Assembly (NCBI GenBank): GCA_017601145.1
Contig: JAFNIV010000003.1
Location: forward strand, 8,769-72,768
DNA length: 64,000 nt
Direction: 5' to 3'
Origin: Candidatus Brockarchaeota archaeon
GTDB taxonomy: Archaea; Thermoproteota; EX4484-205; JAAOZO01
In this document: positions 21,539-31,919 of the stretch, piece by piece
Numbering within the stretch: the stretch's first letter is position 1
How the letters are laid out: each line of letters starts with the position of its first letter
Made by a program: the position numbers and the translations under genes
Notes under the pieces: model-generated
The model's database searches: none
The model's input: the letters and a program-made list of their open reading frames with translations, nothing else
What the model was told of the DNA's origin: nothing

Positions 21539-21614
21539 GGACCCGTGGCCTAGTATGGATTAAGGCACCAGCCTCCGGAGCTGGTTATCGTGGGTTCAAA
21601 TCCCACCGGGTCCG
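21539..21614 (+). tRNA. tRNA-Arg (anticodon CCG), 76 nt, no intron
   Basis: Differs from the 18756 copy at 3 positions only: the G3:C70 to A3:T70 pair and anticodon G34 to C34. Begins 2 nt after the argS stop. Confidence 0.9.
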
Positions 21615-21739
21615 CTTTTTAACTAATTTTTTTTTAACTTCATTATGAAAGTAAAAAATAAAAACGTATTGAGGAAAGTTCTGCTCGTTATCATTCAGTT
21701 AATAATTAGAAACTCTTTTTTTATATGTTAGTCTTCACT

Positions 21740-22423
21740 TCATGTTTTTCCTATTAATGCGTTTCCCATTTCTGTGAGAACTTTCTTTGGGTCCTTTGCT
21801 TTAACAACTCCGCTTGCAAGCAAAACTCCGACTGTTCCTAACCTTAGTGCTGCCCTTACATCATCTCCTGTTGTTATCCCAGCTCCACAAATAACCTTAG
21901 ATTTTGAATTTACACTTTTAACTTTATCTAATGAGTTCGTAACAACTTCTGGTTTTGCTTTTGAAACAGGTATACCAGTACCAATTAATTCTGGAGGCTC
22001 AATGGCTACAAAGTCAGGATTAAGTGCAGCTACAGCAGCAGTAACTTCAGGAGTATCAGCACAAACTATAGTTGTTAAGTTAAGTTCTCTCGAAGCTTTA
22101 ACTACTTCGCTTATTAAAGAAATTTGAACCCTTCTTTCAGAATGATTAATTAATGTACCTACAGCTCCAGCGTCTTTTATACTTTCTATCGTTACATGAC
22201 CTGTTAATGCGCCTATTGTTGTGGAATCTACCGCTTGCGCAAATACAGGAATTGATACCGAAGATGCAACTAACCTTATGTCAGTAGCTTGAGGAGCAAC
22301 TGCTATTGAGACGTTTAGTTCTCGGCTAACTTCTTCTGCAATTTTCGCTAACTCTATAGCTTTTTTCCCTAAGGATTCCCTATAAGCTTTAAAATTAACA
22401 ACTATCATTGGAGTTCTTAACAT
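21740..22423 (-). CDS. tpiA: triosephosphate isomerase (short archaeal type)
   Basis: 227 aa. VVNFKAY, LINHSERRV, VAIEPPELIGTG. Confidence 0.9.
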   Translation of the reverse strand: MLRTPMIVVNFKAYRESLGKKAIELAKIAEEVSRELNVSIAVAPQATDIRLVASSVSIPVFAQAVDSTTIGALTGHVTIESIKDAGAVGTLINHSERRVQISLISEVVKASRELNLTTIVCADTPEVTAAVAALNPDFVAIEPPELIGTGIPVSKAKPEVVTNSLDKVKSVNSKSKVICGAGITTGDDVRAALRLGTVGVLLASGVVKAKDPKKVLTEMGNALIGKT

Positions 22424-22554
22424 AGTTTTTCACCATGGCAGAATTAACCGCAAAAAGGTAAAGATGAGCTTTTAAATGTTCCTCACCGAAAGCAACTACT
22501 AGCCTTTATTTTTGCAAGATTATTAGCTCAGAATTGATAAAAAATATACTTTTC

Positions 22555-24318
22555 TCACGTATAGTAATATTGCCCCAACTGTTTCTGTTCTAAGTCATTT
22601 CTTGATCCCGGCTTATTTATTCTTGGCCTGTTTGTATCTATATCTCTTCTAAATGTTATTGACAACTTCGATAGAAATTTGTTCATTCCATCTTTCATGG
22701 ACTTTGGAGAAGAAACATAACCATGAACCCCAGGTATTCCATCTACTACTATAAGACGATCTGAAACAAAATCTATAAATAGTACGTCATGTTCTACTAC
22801 AAACGTTGTAGCAGCTTTAATTTCAGTTAACCTTCTTATCATTCTTTGGACAGTTACCCTTTGTTCTACATCAAGGAAAGAGCACGGTTCATCAATGAAG
22901 TAAAAATTACTGTTTGAAATCAAAGAAGAAGCTACTGCTAAAGCCTGAAGTTCACCACCGCTTAAAGTTTCGGTCGACCTTTCCATAAGCTTGTTTAATC
23001 TTAGTGGCTTAAAGAGTTCAGTTTCGATCCATGAAGGAAAGTTAGAACTTCCAAACCTTTCTTCGAGTACTTCTTTAACTGTTTTTCCTTTAAATAGGTT
23101 CGTTATTAGTTGAGGTTTGTAGCTTATTTGCTGGTTTTCGAAACCAAAGTAGCTCTCTACAATTCTCTTAACAAAAGTTGTCTTACCTATTCCATTTTGC
23201 CCTACTATGCCCAATACTTCACCCTTATATGCTTCTCCACCCTCAATAGTAAGCGTGAACCCATCTAACTTTAGCTCATCCTTTAACCACTTAAAAGCCA
23301 CTGATAAATCTATTTTTTCTGGAGGTGGCCTAGACTCAAATTTTATTTCAAAAGGTCTTATTTGGGTATTTTCAGCCTTAAGAAACCCGTTTAAATAAGA
23401 GTTTATACCTACTCTAGCAGACATTAGCCTTGACACAATTCCATATACGCCAGGTTCACCATATATTATTGAGACATAGTCCGCTAGGTAGTCAATCATT
23501 CCAAGGTCATGTTCTATTACTATTAGAGTCTTTCCTTTCCCTTTAAATGAAAAAAGTAGCTTCGAAACAAGTAACCTTTGTTGTACATCTAAGTAGCTTG
23601 CAGGCTCATCTAGTACAATTACATCGGTATCTTTAAGAAGTGTTAAAGCTATCGCCAGTTTTTGTAATTCTCCACCACTTAACTGACTCAACTTACGTTC
23701 AAGGATGTTAGTCAATTCCATTGAATCAATTACTTCACTATAATGAGAACTATCTTCGTACTTCAAAAGAGCTTCTTTTACATTTCCACCAAAAACTAGA
23801 GGTAAAAGTTCGACATGCTGTGGTTTAAAAGCTACTGTAAACTTTTTTTTGAATATGTTCTCAAGAAGCTCTGAAGATGTAGTTCCTTTTAATTGATCTA
23901 TAACTTGTTCAATTGATGGTTTAGAGGCAGGATCGCCTAAATTCGGGATTAGTTCACCAGATAATATTTTTGCAATGGTTGATTTACCCATACCATTTTG
24001 GCCTATAATTACATTAACACTTTGGGGCTTAATTTCTGGAAATCTATAAAGTTTAAAACCATTCTGGCCATATCTATGAAAAGCTTCTTTCTCAAGCTGA
24101 TCAGGAAGGTTGACAATATAAATGGCATTAAAAGGACATTTTCTTACGCAGATTCCACAACCTATACAAACAACTTCATCTATTATTGGCGGTAAGTTTT
24201 CATCGAGAAAGTAAATTGCATCCTGTCCGGTTCTTACAACAGGACAATTTTTTCTACAAGGATGACCACAATCTTTAGGTCTACACGACTTTTTATCTAT
24301 AACAGCAACTCTAACCAT
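22555..24318 (-). CDS. abce1: ABCE1 / RNase L inhibitor-type ribosome recycling ATPase
   Basis: N-terminal Cys clusters CRPKDCGHPCRKNCP and CIGCGICVRKCP. Two ABC cassettes (GQNGMGKST, GQNGIGKTT; LSGGELQ twice). Confidence 0.9.
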   Translation of the reverse strand: MVRVAVIDKKSCRPKDCGHPCRKNCPVVRTGQDAIYFLDENLPPIIDEVVCIGCGICVRKCPFNAIYIVNLPDQLEKEAFHRYGQNGFKLYRFPEIKPQSVNVIIGQNGMGKSTIAKILSGELIPNLGDPASKPSIEQVIDQLKGTTSSELLENIFKKKFTVAFKPQHVELLPLVFGGNVKEALLKYEDSSHYSEVIDSMELTNILERKLSQLSGGELQKLAIALTLLKDTDVIVLDEPASYLDVQQRLLVSKLLFSFKGKGKTLIVIEHDLGMIDYLADYVSIIYGEPGVYGIVSRLMSARVGINSYLNGFLKAENTQIRPFEIKFESRPPPEKIDLSVAFKWLKDELKLDGFTLTIEGGEAYKGEVLGIVGQNGIGKTTFVKRIVESYFGFENQQISYKPQLITNLFKGKTVKEVLEERFGSSNFPSWIETELFKPLRLNKLMERSTETLSGGELQALAVASSLISNSNFYFIDEPCSFLDVEQRVTVQRMIRRLTEIKAATTFVVEHDVLFIDFVSDRLIVVDGIPGVHGYVSSPKSMKDGMNKFLSKLSITFRRDIDTNRPRINKPGSRNDLEQKQLGQYYYT

Positions 24319-24366
24319 TCTATCTTACTATAAGTAATAGAAAATAAGATTATGAAGAAGTCTTGT

Positions 24367-25104
24367 TTAAAGTTCATCAGAAGTTAGGCTTACTGTTGTT
24401 CTTTCTTCTATTCTTTCGATTTGGCCATCTCTAATCCATGCAAGCCTGTCACTTACATCGACCATTTTGAGGTCATGAGTCGCACAAATAACAGTAGTAT
24501 TTCTTTCAACTTTAAGTCTATAGAGTAAGTTAACTATTGCAAGACCAGTGTTTAGGTCTAAGTTACCTGTTGGTTCATCTGCAAGAATTATTGAAGGATC
24601 ATTTGCTAGAGCTCTAGCAATGGCAACTCTTTGTTGCTGACCTCCACTTAACTCAGTAGGCCTATGGTTTATTCTTTCTCCTAAGCCTACCAGACTTAAG
24701 AGCTCTTTAGCCTTCTTTATTCTTTCTTCTTTTTTCATTCCTGTAAAGATCATGGGCAACATAACGTTTCCAAGAGCAGTAAGGACAGGAATAAGGTTGA
24801 ACGTTTGAAACACATAACCAATTTTCCTTGAGCGTACCCAAGCGAGTTGTTTAGCAGACATCTTAGAAAGGTCAACATTGTCAATCTTTACTGTGCCTTT
24901 CGTTGGCTTATCAAGCCCCCCGATCATATTAAAGAGTGTTGTTTTTCCAGAACCAGAAGGCCCCATAACTGCAATATATTCACCTCTTTTCACAGAAAGA
25001 TTAATTCCACGAAGGGCATGCACTGCACCACCTCTTAGCACATAATCTTTGTATAAATCTTCTACTTGAACAACTGTAGAAGCGAGCATATCCTTGCCTA
25101 GCAA
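24367..25104 (-). CDS. ABC transporter ATP-binding protein (MacB/LolD-like), no permease adjacent
   Basis: [35 protein letters not shown]. Confidence 0.85.
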   Translation of the reverse strand: MLGKDMLASTVVQVEDLYKDYVLRGGAVHALRGINLSVKRGEYIAVMGPSGSGKTTLFNMIGGLDKPTKGTVKIDNVDLSKMSAKQLAWVRSRKIGYVFQTFNLIPVLTALGNVMLPMIFTGMKKEERIKKAKELLSLVGLGERINHRPTELSGGQQQRVAIARALANDPSIILADEPTGNLDLNTGLAIVNLLYRLKVERNTTVICATHDLKMVDVSDRLAWIRDGQIERIEERTTVSLTSDEL

Positions 25105-25289
25105 TTTACTCTACTCCAGTATAAAAAGTTTTTTAATATAACTCAATTGTATTATATTTTTTATAATAAATTAACTGTTAAGCTATGAGTCCTTGAAAGA
25201 ATGAAGAAAGCCTAGTAAACTTAGTTTTGGACAATTAATTAAACTTTTACTAAAAAATATAAGGGTTATTTTCGTACTCAAGCAGTAAC

Positions 25290-25763
25290 ATGGCTGTAAG
25301 GTCGAGTTTTATTCTAATAAAGACTAACAAAGATTATGAACTAGATGCATACTTAGAAGCATTTAGTTTACTAGTTACATATGGTGAGAAGTTTAACTTA
25401 TTCGGAAGTCCAAACGATGGACAAGTTATCTTAGTTGCTAGTACAAAATTAGAAAATGATAGACTTAGAGAATTAGTAGAAAGATTAAATCGTAACATAA
25501 ATAGATACGTAAAGAGAGCTTTCAAAGTCGACATAATAGCAAGAATTGAGGAATTAACTCACTTTGATGCTCTAGTAGAGTACAAACTTTTCGAAAATAA
25601 CAAGATATTGCTAGCAGATGGACCAAAAAAAGCAAAGAAAAAGTTTATCGAAAGTTTAAAAAACAGCGAACTTCTAAATTATATAATAAGAGAGAAAGGA
25701 ATTTTAGGTTCTATTGTAATTTATCCCTTTAGTTGTGATTTTGTTGGAATAGGATATCCATAA
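25290..25763 (+). CDS. hypothetical protein (157 aa)
   Basis: Backbone-like codon usage and clean ATG start. No family recognised. Confidence 0.4.
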   Translation: MAVRSSFILIKTNKDYELDAYLEAFSLLVTYGEKFNLFGSPNDGQVILVASTKLENDRLRELVERLNRNINRYVKRAFKVDIIARIEELTHFDALVEYKLFENNKILLADGPKKAKKKFIESLKNSELLNYIIREKGILGSIVIYPFSCDFVGIGYP

Positions 25764-25780
25764 AAAACGTTTTGAAGAGT

Positions 25781-26266
25781 TTACTTGTACCAAACATAGA
25801 ACAAGGCAAATTTCTCAATGAGACCTAGATCATTCAAACTAAAGGAAGTTTTTAGATTAGCTTCTTCTAACTCACTGCTCAAGTTCGTGCGAATAAAGCT
25901 TTCAGCTTTTTGGATCTTACTTTTATCATCGCTTAAAAGAACAATTAAAGTACAATCTCCAGCTTTTGGAGTTATTTTATCGACAGCCTCATGAAAAACA
26001 TTTTTTCCAGCTAGTACTAAGATTAACTCTGAATCTAACTTTCTTAGTTTATTATAGCCATATTTATGGGCAGATGCTATATTGTAAACTAAACTCAAAA
26101 GAGCATGTTCTGAGATGATAACTCTGCATGAGATAAGTGCTAAACCCACATCCAACACACTCTTAAGATTCTTTATCTTTTCAATTGTTGAGTTATCTAT
26201 AGATGACAACTTACTTACTGTAACGAAGATGCCAAGAACGTTGTAGATCTTGTTATCCACGAGCAA
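25781..26266 (-). CDS. hypothetical protein, possibly KEOPS subunit Cgi121-like
   Basis: Size (161 aa) and the segment LDSELILVLAGKNVFHEAVDKI are reminiscent of the Cgi121 helix pattern. Weak. Confidence 0.3.
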   Translation of the reverse strand: MLVDNKIYNVLGIFVTVSKLSSIDNSTIEKIKNLKSVLDVGLALISCRVIISEHALLSLVYNIASAHKYGYNKLRKLDSELILVLAGKNVFHEAVDKITPKAGDCTLIVLLSDDKSKIQKAESFIRTNLSSELEEANLKTSFSLNDLGLIEKFALFYVWYK

Positions 26267-26370
26267 ACATGCAATAAGAAGGATTATAAGGTTTGCTTTC
26301 TTACTTTAGTTTTAGCCAACTAAGACTAAGAAGAATAAATTTTTATAACCAACTATTTAACAAAGAATTG

Positions 26371-26967
26371 ATGGACGAATCGGAATTTGAAATAGTAGAC
26401 TGGCAAACATTTTATAGCTTGTGTTTAGAAGCTGCAGATAAGGTAAAAAGGAGCAAAAAAAGGTATGACGCATTTGTTGGAATAAGCAGAGGTGGCTTAG
26501 TCCCACTTAGAATATTGTCAGATGAATTGGAACAAGAAAACCTTTTTGTTATAAGAGTTGTATTTTACGAAGACATTAAAAAGACCGCAACTGAACCAAT
26601 TATTAAGGATGATATAAAAATCAATGTAAAGGGATTAAAATTACTTGTCATTGATGATGTCTCAGATAGTGGAAGAAGCTTAAAGAAAGTCATTGAATAT
26701 TTAAGGGATGCAGGAGCTAAAGAAGTGGATAGCTTAACTATATTTTATAAGCCTCATAGTGAAGTAATCCCAACTTTTTATGTCAGAGAAACAAAGAAGT
26801 GGATAGTTTTTCCTCATGAAAGAAGAGAAACTATTTTAAAAATAATAGAAAAGGAAAAAAACAAACCTATGGAGAAACTGAGAGAAGACTTAATCAATAT
26901 AGGTTTTGAACCTTATGTTGTAGATAGAGTTCTTACAAGCAAGTCGGAGAAAGAAACAGAAATTTAA
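26371..26967 (+). CDS. purine phosphoribosyltransferase family protein
   Basis: PRPP-binding loop LLVIDDVSDSGRSL. Start moved to the ATG giving MDESEF; the ORF-track start 26293 is upstream. Confidence 0.75.
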   Translation: MDESEFEIVDWQTFYSLCLEAADKVKRSKKRYDAFVGISRGGLVPLRILSDELEQENLFVIRVVFYEDIKKTATEPIIKDDIKINVKGLKLLVIDDVSDSGRSLKKVIEYLRDAGAKEVDSLTIFYKPHSEVIPTFYVRETKKWIVFPHERRETILKIIEKEKNKPMEKLREDLINIGFEPYVVDRVLTSKSEKETEI

Positions 26968-26985
26968 TTTAAAAATAACTAAAAA

Positions 26986-27402
26986 CTAAGAAGCATCCCA
27001 TAAAATTAATACAGTGTTAAAAATTTGCTCTATTTCGTTAAGTAACTTTTTAGAGAGATCTAAAGCTATAGAGGATTTTTCTTCTGTTGAAAGTAAAAGA
27101 TTTACAAGGCTATCTACTAAAGTAGAAAAGTTCTCTTCTTGAGGAGTAGCTCCTGAAAAATCTGAAGGAATGTAATCAGGTTGTAAGTTCTCTAACTTAA
27201 GCAAATAGAGGACGTGCTTAAGTTTTAGAAAAGAAAGTGCTAGTTTTTCATTCACCTTTGGATCATTAGAGGATGAATAGGAATTTAGAGAAGCCTTTAC
27301 TTCATCCAGGTATCTCCTTGACCAACCCAGCTCTAGCTCTGAAAATAAGAGGCTGTTGTTTTTTTCATTCTGCTTTTTCATTTTCTGCTTCCTCTGATTC
27401 AT
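26986..27402 (-). CDS. hypothetical helical protein (138 aa)
   Basis: Overlaps the S17e gene tail by 38 nt on the same strand. No family recognised. Confidence 0.4.
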   Translation of the reverse strand: MNQRKQKMKKQNEKNNSLLFSELELGWSRRYLDEVKASLNSYSSSNDPKVNEKLALSFLKLKHVLYLLKLENLQPDYIPSDFSGATPQEENFSTLVDSLVNLLLSTEEKSSIALDLSKKLLNEIEQIFNTVLILWDAS

Positions 27403-27619
27403 TATTTTCTTCCTCTTTAGCTACTACTTTTTTCTTTACCTGGGAAGTAACATAGCCAGTTATTTTATTTATTAAGAATTTAGAGTTTGTGTTTACAATT
27501 GAAGAGATAAGCTTTTTATTTTGATAAAAATCTGTAGAAAGCTCGTGAGAATAGAGTGCAAGAATCTTTTCACCTACTCTTTTTACCTTTGAGTCATATA
27601 TTTTGCCCAATTTAAGCAA
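27365..27619 (-). CDS. rps17e: 30S ribosomal protein S17e (with acidic C-terminal tail)
   Basis: LGKIYDSKVKRVGEKILALYSHELSTDFYQNKKLISSIVNTNSKFLINKITGYVT parallels the S17e consensus (GxI..K.IKR.A.....y...ft.DFe.NK......sK..RN.IAGYit). TTG start. Confidence 0.75.
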   Translation of the reverse strand: MLKLGKIYDSKVKRVGEKILALYSHELSTDFYQNKKLISSIVNTNSKFLINKITGYVTSQVKKKVVAKEEENNESEEAENEKAE

Positions 27620-27738
27620 AGTATGCTAAAATAAGGTTTTTAAGCTTTCCTAATTACTTGTAGCTATTATAATATAAATAATAAAAGGAAAGTTTTTATT
27701 GAGCCTTTATAGATTAGAGGGAAATGGTGGGTTAAGAA

Positions 27739-29382
27739 ATGGCAATTCCTGTAGATGCTAGTGGGCAGCCTGTTTATGTGATGAAAGAAAATGTTGCTAG
27801 AAGGACAGGAGATGAAGCTTTAGCCAATACTTTAACCGTTAGTTTAGTATTAGAAGAAATAACGAAGTCAGCATTAGGACCTTCAGGTTTTAATAAAATG
27901 TTAGTAGGAAGCTTTGGAGATATAACGTACACGAAAAATGGAGTAACAATACTTTCTGAAGCAAATATCGAACATCCTGTGGGGAAGCTCTATATTGAGG
28001 CTTCAAAAAACCTTGATAAAATGGCTGGAGATGGAACAAATAGAATGATTTACTTAGCTTCCAAGCTGGTTGAAACAGGAATAACCTACTACAAGAAGGG
28101 AGTTCACCCAACAACAATAGCACTGGGATACGAAGAAGCAAGAAAATTCTTAAACGACTATGTAGAAAGCATTTCTAAAAGACCAGCTTCAGAAAAATAC
28201 GATACAGTTTTGAGAAATATCATTAAAACAGTAGTATTACCTTCCATAGGAAGGTCAGAACTAGTGTACTATGAAAACATAGTAAACGCAATATTTCAGG
28301 CAGCAAAATCAGTGACACGTGAAGTTAATGGAAAAAAGAAGATAGAAGTAGATGACGTTGCAATAGTTAGTAAAACAGGTGGTTCTGCTTTTGAGACGAG
28401 TTTTATAGATGGAATAATCATAGATAAAGAAGTTGCGCACCCAAATATGCCAAAAAGAATAACAGGAGCAAAAATAGCACTTATAGACTTTCCTTTGGAA
28501 GTTAAAAAAACAGAAATTTCTTCTGAGCTAGAATTTAAGAGCCCAGAAGAAATCCTGAAACTAAAAGAGGAAGAAAGAAAATCTGTAACAGAAAAAGTTG
28601 AAAAAATAATACAAAGCGGAGCTAACGTACTTATCTCTCAGAAAGCAATAGACGATAAAGCTGCAGCAACGCTTGCAAGAGTAGGAATACTAGCAGTAAA
28701 GAATGCAAAAAGATCAGACCTAGAGAAACTTGCAGAAGCAATAGGAGCAAGAATAATTAGTGATTACACGGACGTTTCTGAAAAAATACTCGGAGAAGCA
28801 AAATTAGTAGAAGAAAGGAAGTATGAATCCACTGAAAAAGTAATCGTTGTAGAAGGCGTGAAAGAAAGTAAATCGGTAAGCATACTTATAAGAGGAGTTA
28901 GCAAAGAGTCAACAAAAGAATATGAAAGAATTGTTAAAAAGGGATTACAGAGTGTTGCAAACTTCTACGAAGATGAAAGATATGTACCAAGCGGTATAGC
29001 AGATATAGTTGGTATGGCTGTTGCCCTTAGAGATTACGGGATGCAAAAAGGAGGAGAAATAAGTCTCGTAATAGAAGGATTTTCTGAAGCACTATTTGAC
29101 TTAGCGGGGGCAATAGTAGGGAATAGTGGTATGCCAGTAACAAAAACTATAGGCGATTTGAGAGCCAGGAACGTTAAAACCAAAGATAAATTATTTGGAA
29201 TAGATGTGCTCACAAGAAAGGTAGTAGACGTTGAAGAAGCAGGAATAATTGAACCAATAAAATCTGTAAAACTTACATTAAATGTAGCTACAGAACTTGC
29301 TTCAACGTTGCTAAGAATAGACGACATGTTCTTAACACTAAAGTTGCCTGAAAAGAAAGAAAGTAAAGCTGAAAGACGATAA
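27739..29382 (+). CDS. ths: thermosome (group II chaperonin) subunit
   Basis: 547 aa. SALGPSGFNKMLV, ILSEANIEHPVGK, MAGDGTN, C-terminal IDDM. Confidence 0.9.
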   Translation: MAIPVDASGQPVYVMKENVARRTGDEALANTLTVSLVLEEITKSALGPSGFNKMLVGSFGDITYTKNGVTILSEANIEHPVGKLYIEASKNLDKMAGDGTNRMIYLASKLVETGITYYKKGVHPTTIALGYEEARKFLNDYVESISKRPASEKYDTVLRNIIKTVVLPSIGRSELVYYENIVNAIFQAAKSVTREVNGKKKIEVDDVAIVSKTGGSAFETSFIDGIIIDKEVAHPNMPKRITGAKIALIDFPLEVKKTEISSELEFKSPEEILKLKEEERKSVTEKVEKIIQSGANVLISQKAIDDKAAATLARVGILAVKNAKRSDLEKLAEAIGARIISDYTDVSEKILGEAKLVEERKYESTEKVIVVEGVKESKSVSILIRGVSKESTKEYERIVKKGLQSVANFYEDERYVPSGIADIVGMAVALRDYGMQKGGEISLVIEGFSEALFDLAGAIVGNSGMPVTKTIGDLRARNVKTKDKLFGIDVLTRKVVDVEEAGIIEPIKSVKLTLNVATELASTLLRIDDMFLTLKLPEKKESKAERR

Positions 29383-29612
29383 AATTTTTAGTTTTTACAC
29401 CTTTTTCTCGCTCTAAATAAAGAGACAGAAATACCTAAGGAACTGAAAAATCTATGCTAGATAGATAAAGACAATTTTTCTAAAATTAACTTTTAACTTT
29501 AAAAAACATAATAAGTGCTCCGGGCGGGGGAGAGACTCTCCTCTCAGAGTTACGTCTGAAAAAAGCCTTTTTTCAATTTTGGAGGCTGAAACGGGATTTT
29601 CGACTTTAAGGG

Positions 29613-29885
29613 TTAAGGCGCTCTAGCGACAACCTTTAGGAAAACAGACGATTGCATCTGAACCTCTTCAACCCATCCGCGCCTAACGGAGGATTTCAAT
29701 GTGCCTTTCCACGTTCCGCCCTTGAGGTGCGTCGTCGCTTTCAGCTTTGAAACCGTAACCGCGCGTCCATCCTTCTTAGCAGCCAATAACGCCTTGAGAA
29801 GCCTTATCCTCCCACGGCTTCCAAGGACCTCTTCAGCCTCTTCACCAGCCAATCTGTTCACCCTTCTGCATAGTCGCCAGAACAC
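29613..29885 (-). CDS. small winged-helix DNA-binding protein (island I)
   Basis: GSRGRIRLLKALLAAKKDGRAVTVSKLKATTHLKGGTWKGTLKSSVRRGWVEE looks like an ArsR/MarR-type wHTH. The start is uncertain. Confidence 0.4.
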   Translation of the reverse strand: MFWRLCRRVNRLAGEEAEEVLGSRGRIRLLKALLAAKKDGRAVTVSKLKATTHLKGGTWKGTLKSSVRRGWVEEVQMQSSVFLKVVARAP

Positions 29886-30034
29886 GGCTGAGGTCTTTAA
29901 CTAGCTTTTGGTCGTTTGAGAGCATCGCTGAGTCTGCTTCAACGCGGCCAGGATTCGTTACTTGGAAAAGGGCGAAAACCTTGGCTTGAAACCACTGGAA
30001 GCGCCGCAAAAGCCAAGCAGAGCGCACCAGAGGA

Positions 30035-31687
30035 CTATTGCTCGATAAAGAGAATTCCTAAACGCCCATCGCCTCCGACTAATGCAAATTTTCCGTCGGA
30101 ACTTACAGCTAAGCCTCCTTCAGTGGGTCTATAGCAATAATGTTCCTCAATTACCTTATGGTTTGAAACCGAAACTATGCTTACTTTGTCATGGCTTCTT
30201 ACTAATAGAAACCGGCCGTCCGGCGTGATTACCATGCTGTCCATGCCAGCCTCTGAGACATTATAGTTCAGCGTTGCTTCTATTTTGTTTGTCTCCATAT
30301 TCCACCACCAAATGTACCCCCTGGAGGCCCCCATGTCTACTAGCACCAAGGCATGTTTGTTATCGGGCATAAGCTCCATGTCCCAAGGTCCAGAATTGCA
30401 CTTGGTGAAGACAGTGCGTTTAGCGATGGCCTTTGCTGCCAGATCTATTTTCTCAATGAAGCCCCCGGTGAGGGTTTCTCCAGACGCTCCCTTGAATTCT
30501 CCGGTGAAGCAACCAACGTATAGGAAGGCTCCATCAGGAGATACGGCGTACGGGGTAACAGGATTGCTGGTGAGGGTTGCGCGCTCATATACATGGATGT
30601 AGTCGACAACGTGAGCTGAGGGCACATCCAAGACGGATATTACATAATCAATATAGTCGCGAATATGAATTGGATTCAGCAAATCATTGCAAAGGTAGGC
30701 GATGTTGCTATTCGGCGCCACCAAGACATGTTCTGACAAGGGTATAATGTCAGGGATATCATATACGATTTTGCTGACGGCAAACGTGTTTAGATCAAGG
30801 GTATAGCTGTTTCTTGCAGCTGCAATCACAGCATATCTACTGTCATATGTTATTGCAACTCCAGACCTTGCGATGCCTGGCAAAGTAATGTTGGCTATGA
30901 TGTGCGGGGGGTCTGTTAAGGATATGACTGCAACGCTATCTTTTAAACTGTAGGTGACAACGGCCTTAGTGTTATCTGGTGCAACTGCCACATGCGATAT
31001 TTTGTCGCTTACAATTATGGATGTTGTAAACCAGTTAGGAGTATTTGACGCCGTAACGTTTCCCCACTCGTTCACGGCGAACATCCTATAATAGTATTTT
31101 TTTAACGCCTCCAGTGCAACCTCTACTGTGTGCTCTCTAGCATCCGCATCGAACTCTTTTCTATAAACAATCGTGTCACCGAACTGTGGTGTAGTTGCAA
31201 TCTCTAAAATGTATTTGTCGGCATAACGAGATTTTTGCCATCCGAAATATGGCGTTGGTCTTAAGTTGATGCTCTCCGGTTCTATATCAACTACACTGAA
31301 TAGTAAAGGTGGGCCCGGAGTCTTTACACAGATACTGCCGCCAGTTGCGCTGTTGCCACTACCATCTCGCGATATTGGTACGACATAGTAATAGGTGTGG
31401 AAAGCAAGGTCTGTAAGCCTATATGTGTGCTGTAGCGTAAGCGTACTGTTTTCCTGCAAGTGTACGTAATCAGTTTCCTTCTCGCTTCTATACATTACCT
31501 GAGTAGTTGCAGGCTCATCGGTTATCCAAGAAATTATAAATGAGGTGGGAGTTATGTTAGAAACGGTTACGTTCTCAATATTTGGCGGTGTTTTATCCTC
31601 AGAAAGATAATAGAAGCCAGCAATCGCCCCAACTGCAACCAACACAGCTATAATCACTATGGGAACATTTTTCATACCTACATCCAA
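30035..31687 (-). CDS. membrane-anchored surface protein with FN3-like domains and a YVTN/beta-propeller region
   Basis: N-terminal TM (VPIVIIAVLVAVGAIAGFYYL). FN3-like VSNITPTSFIISWITDEPATTQVMY. Repeated ..VSPDG..LYV / ..ITPDGRFLLV / AVSSDGKFALV blades. Alternative ATG at 31675. Confidence 0.65.
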   Translation of the reverse strand: MDVGMKNVPIVIIAVLVAVGAIAGFYYLSEDKTPPNIENVTVSNITPTSFIISWITDEPATTQVMYRSEKETDYVHLQENSTLTLQHTYRLTDLAFHTYYYVVPISRDGSGNSATGGSICVKTPGPPLLFSVVDIEPESINLRPTPYFGWQKSRYADKYILEIATTPQFGDTIVYRKEFDADAREHTVEVALEALKKYYYRMFAVNEWGNVTASNTPNWFTTSIIVSDKISHVAVAPDNTKAVVTYSLKDSVAVISLTDPPHIIANITLPGIARSGVAITYDSRYAVIAAARNSYTLDLNTFAVSKIVYDIPDIIPLSEHVLVAPNSNIAYLCNDLLNPIHIRDYIDYVISVLDVPSAHVVDYIHVYERATLTSNPVTPYAVSPDGAFLYVGCFTGEFKGASGETLTGGFIEKIDLAAKAIAKRTVFTKCNSGPWDMELMPDNKHALVLVDMGASRGYIWWWNMETNKIEATLNYNVSEAGMDSMVITPDGRFLLVRSHDKVSIVSVSNHKVIEEHYCYRPTEGGLAVSSDGKFALVGGDGRLGILFIEQ

Positions 31688-31702
31688 TGTTATATGAACC
31701 TG

Positions 31703-31718
31703 TATATAAATTTATATA
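31703..31718. promoter_or_regulatory. perfect 16-bp AT palindrome TATATAAATTTATATA upstream of the surface protein gene (TATA-box candidate)
   Basis: Lies 16-43 nt upstream of the two candidate starts (31687/31675) on the minus strand. Confidence 0.35.
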
Positions 31719-31919
31719 AATTTTATGCGCCAATGGAGAGGTGGTCCCCCTCTTTAGATGGGTGCTAACATTGCTGAAGGGGGGAAGTTGGAAGCCATTA
31801 ACTCATAGGAAACAACCTTCTCCTTCAACTTTCTTTTCAGCCATCCTCGCACCGTTAAGAACGGTTAAGATTTCGAAGTTGGACTGATGGAAATGGTTTC
31901 GTGATCACCTTTTAGTACA

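Noticed and set aside
29701-30134. Three mutually overlapping ORFs (29701-29904 +, 29842-30027 -, 29916-30134 +) at the left part of island I
   Set aside because: They overlap each other and better-supported genes. R/S/P/A-rich composition is typical of spurious frames in GC-rich DNA. Possibly eroded coding sequence, but nothing is assignable.
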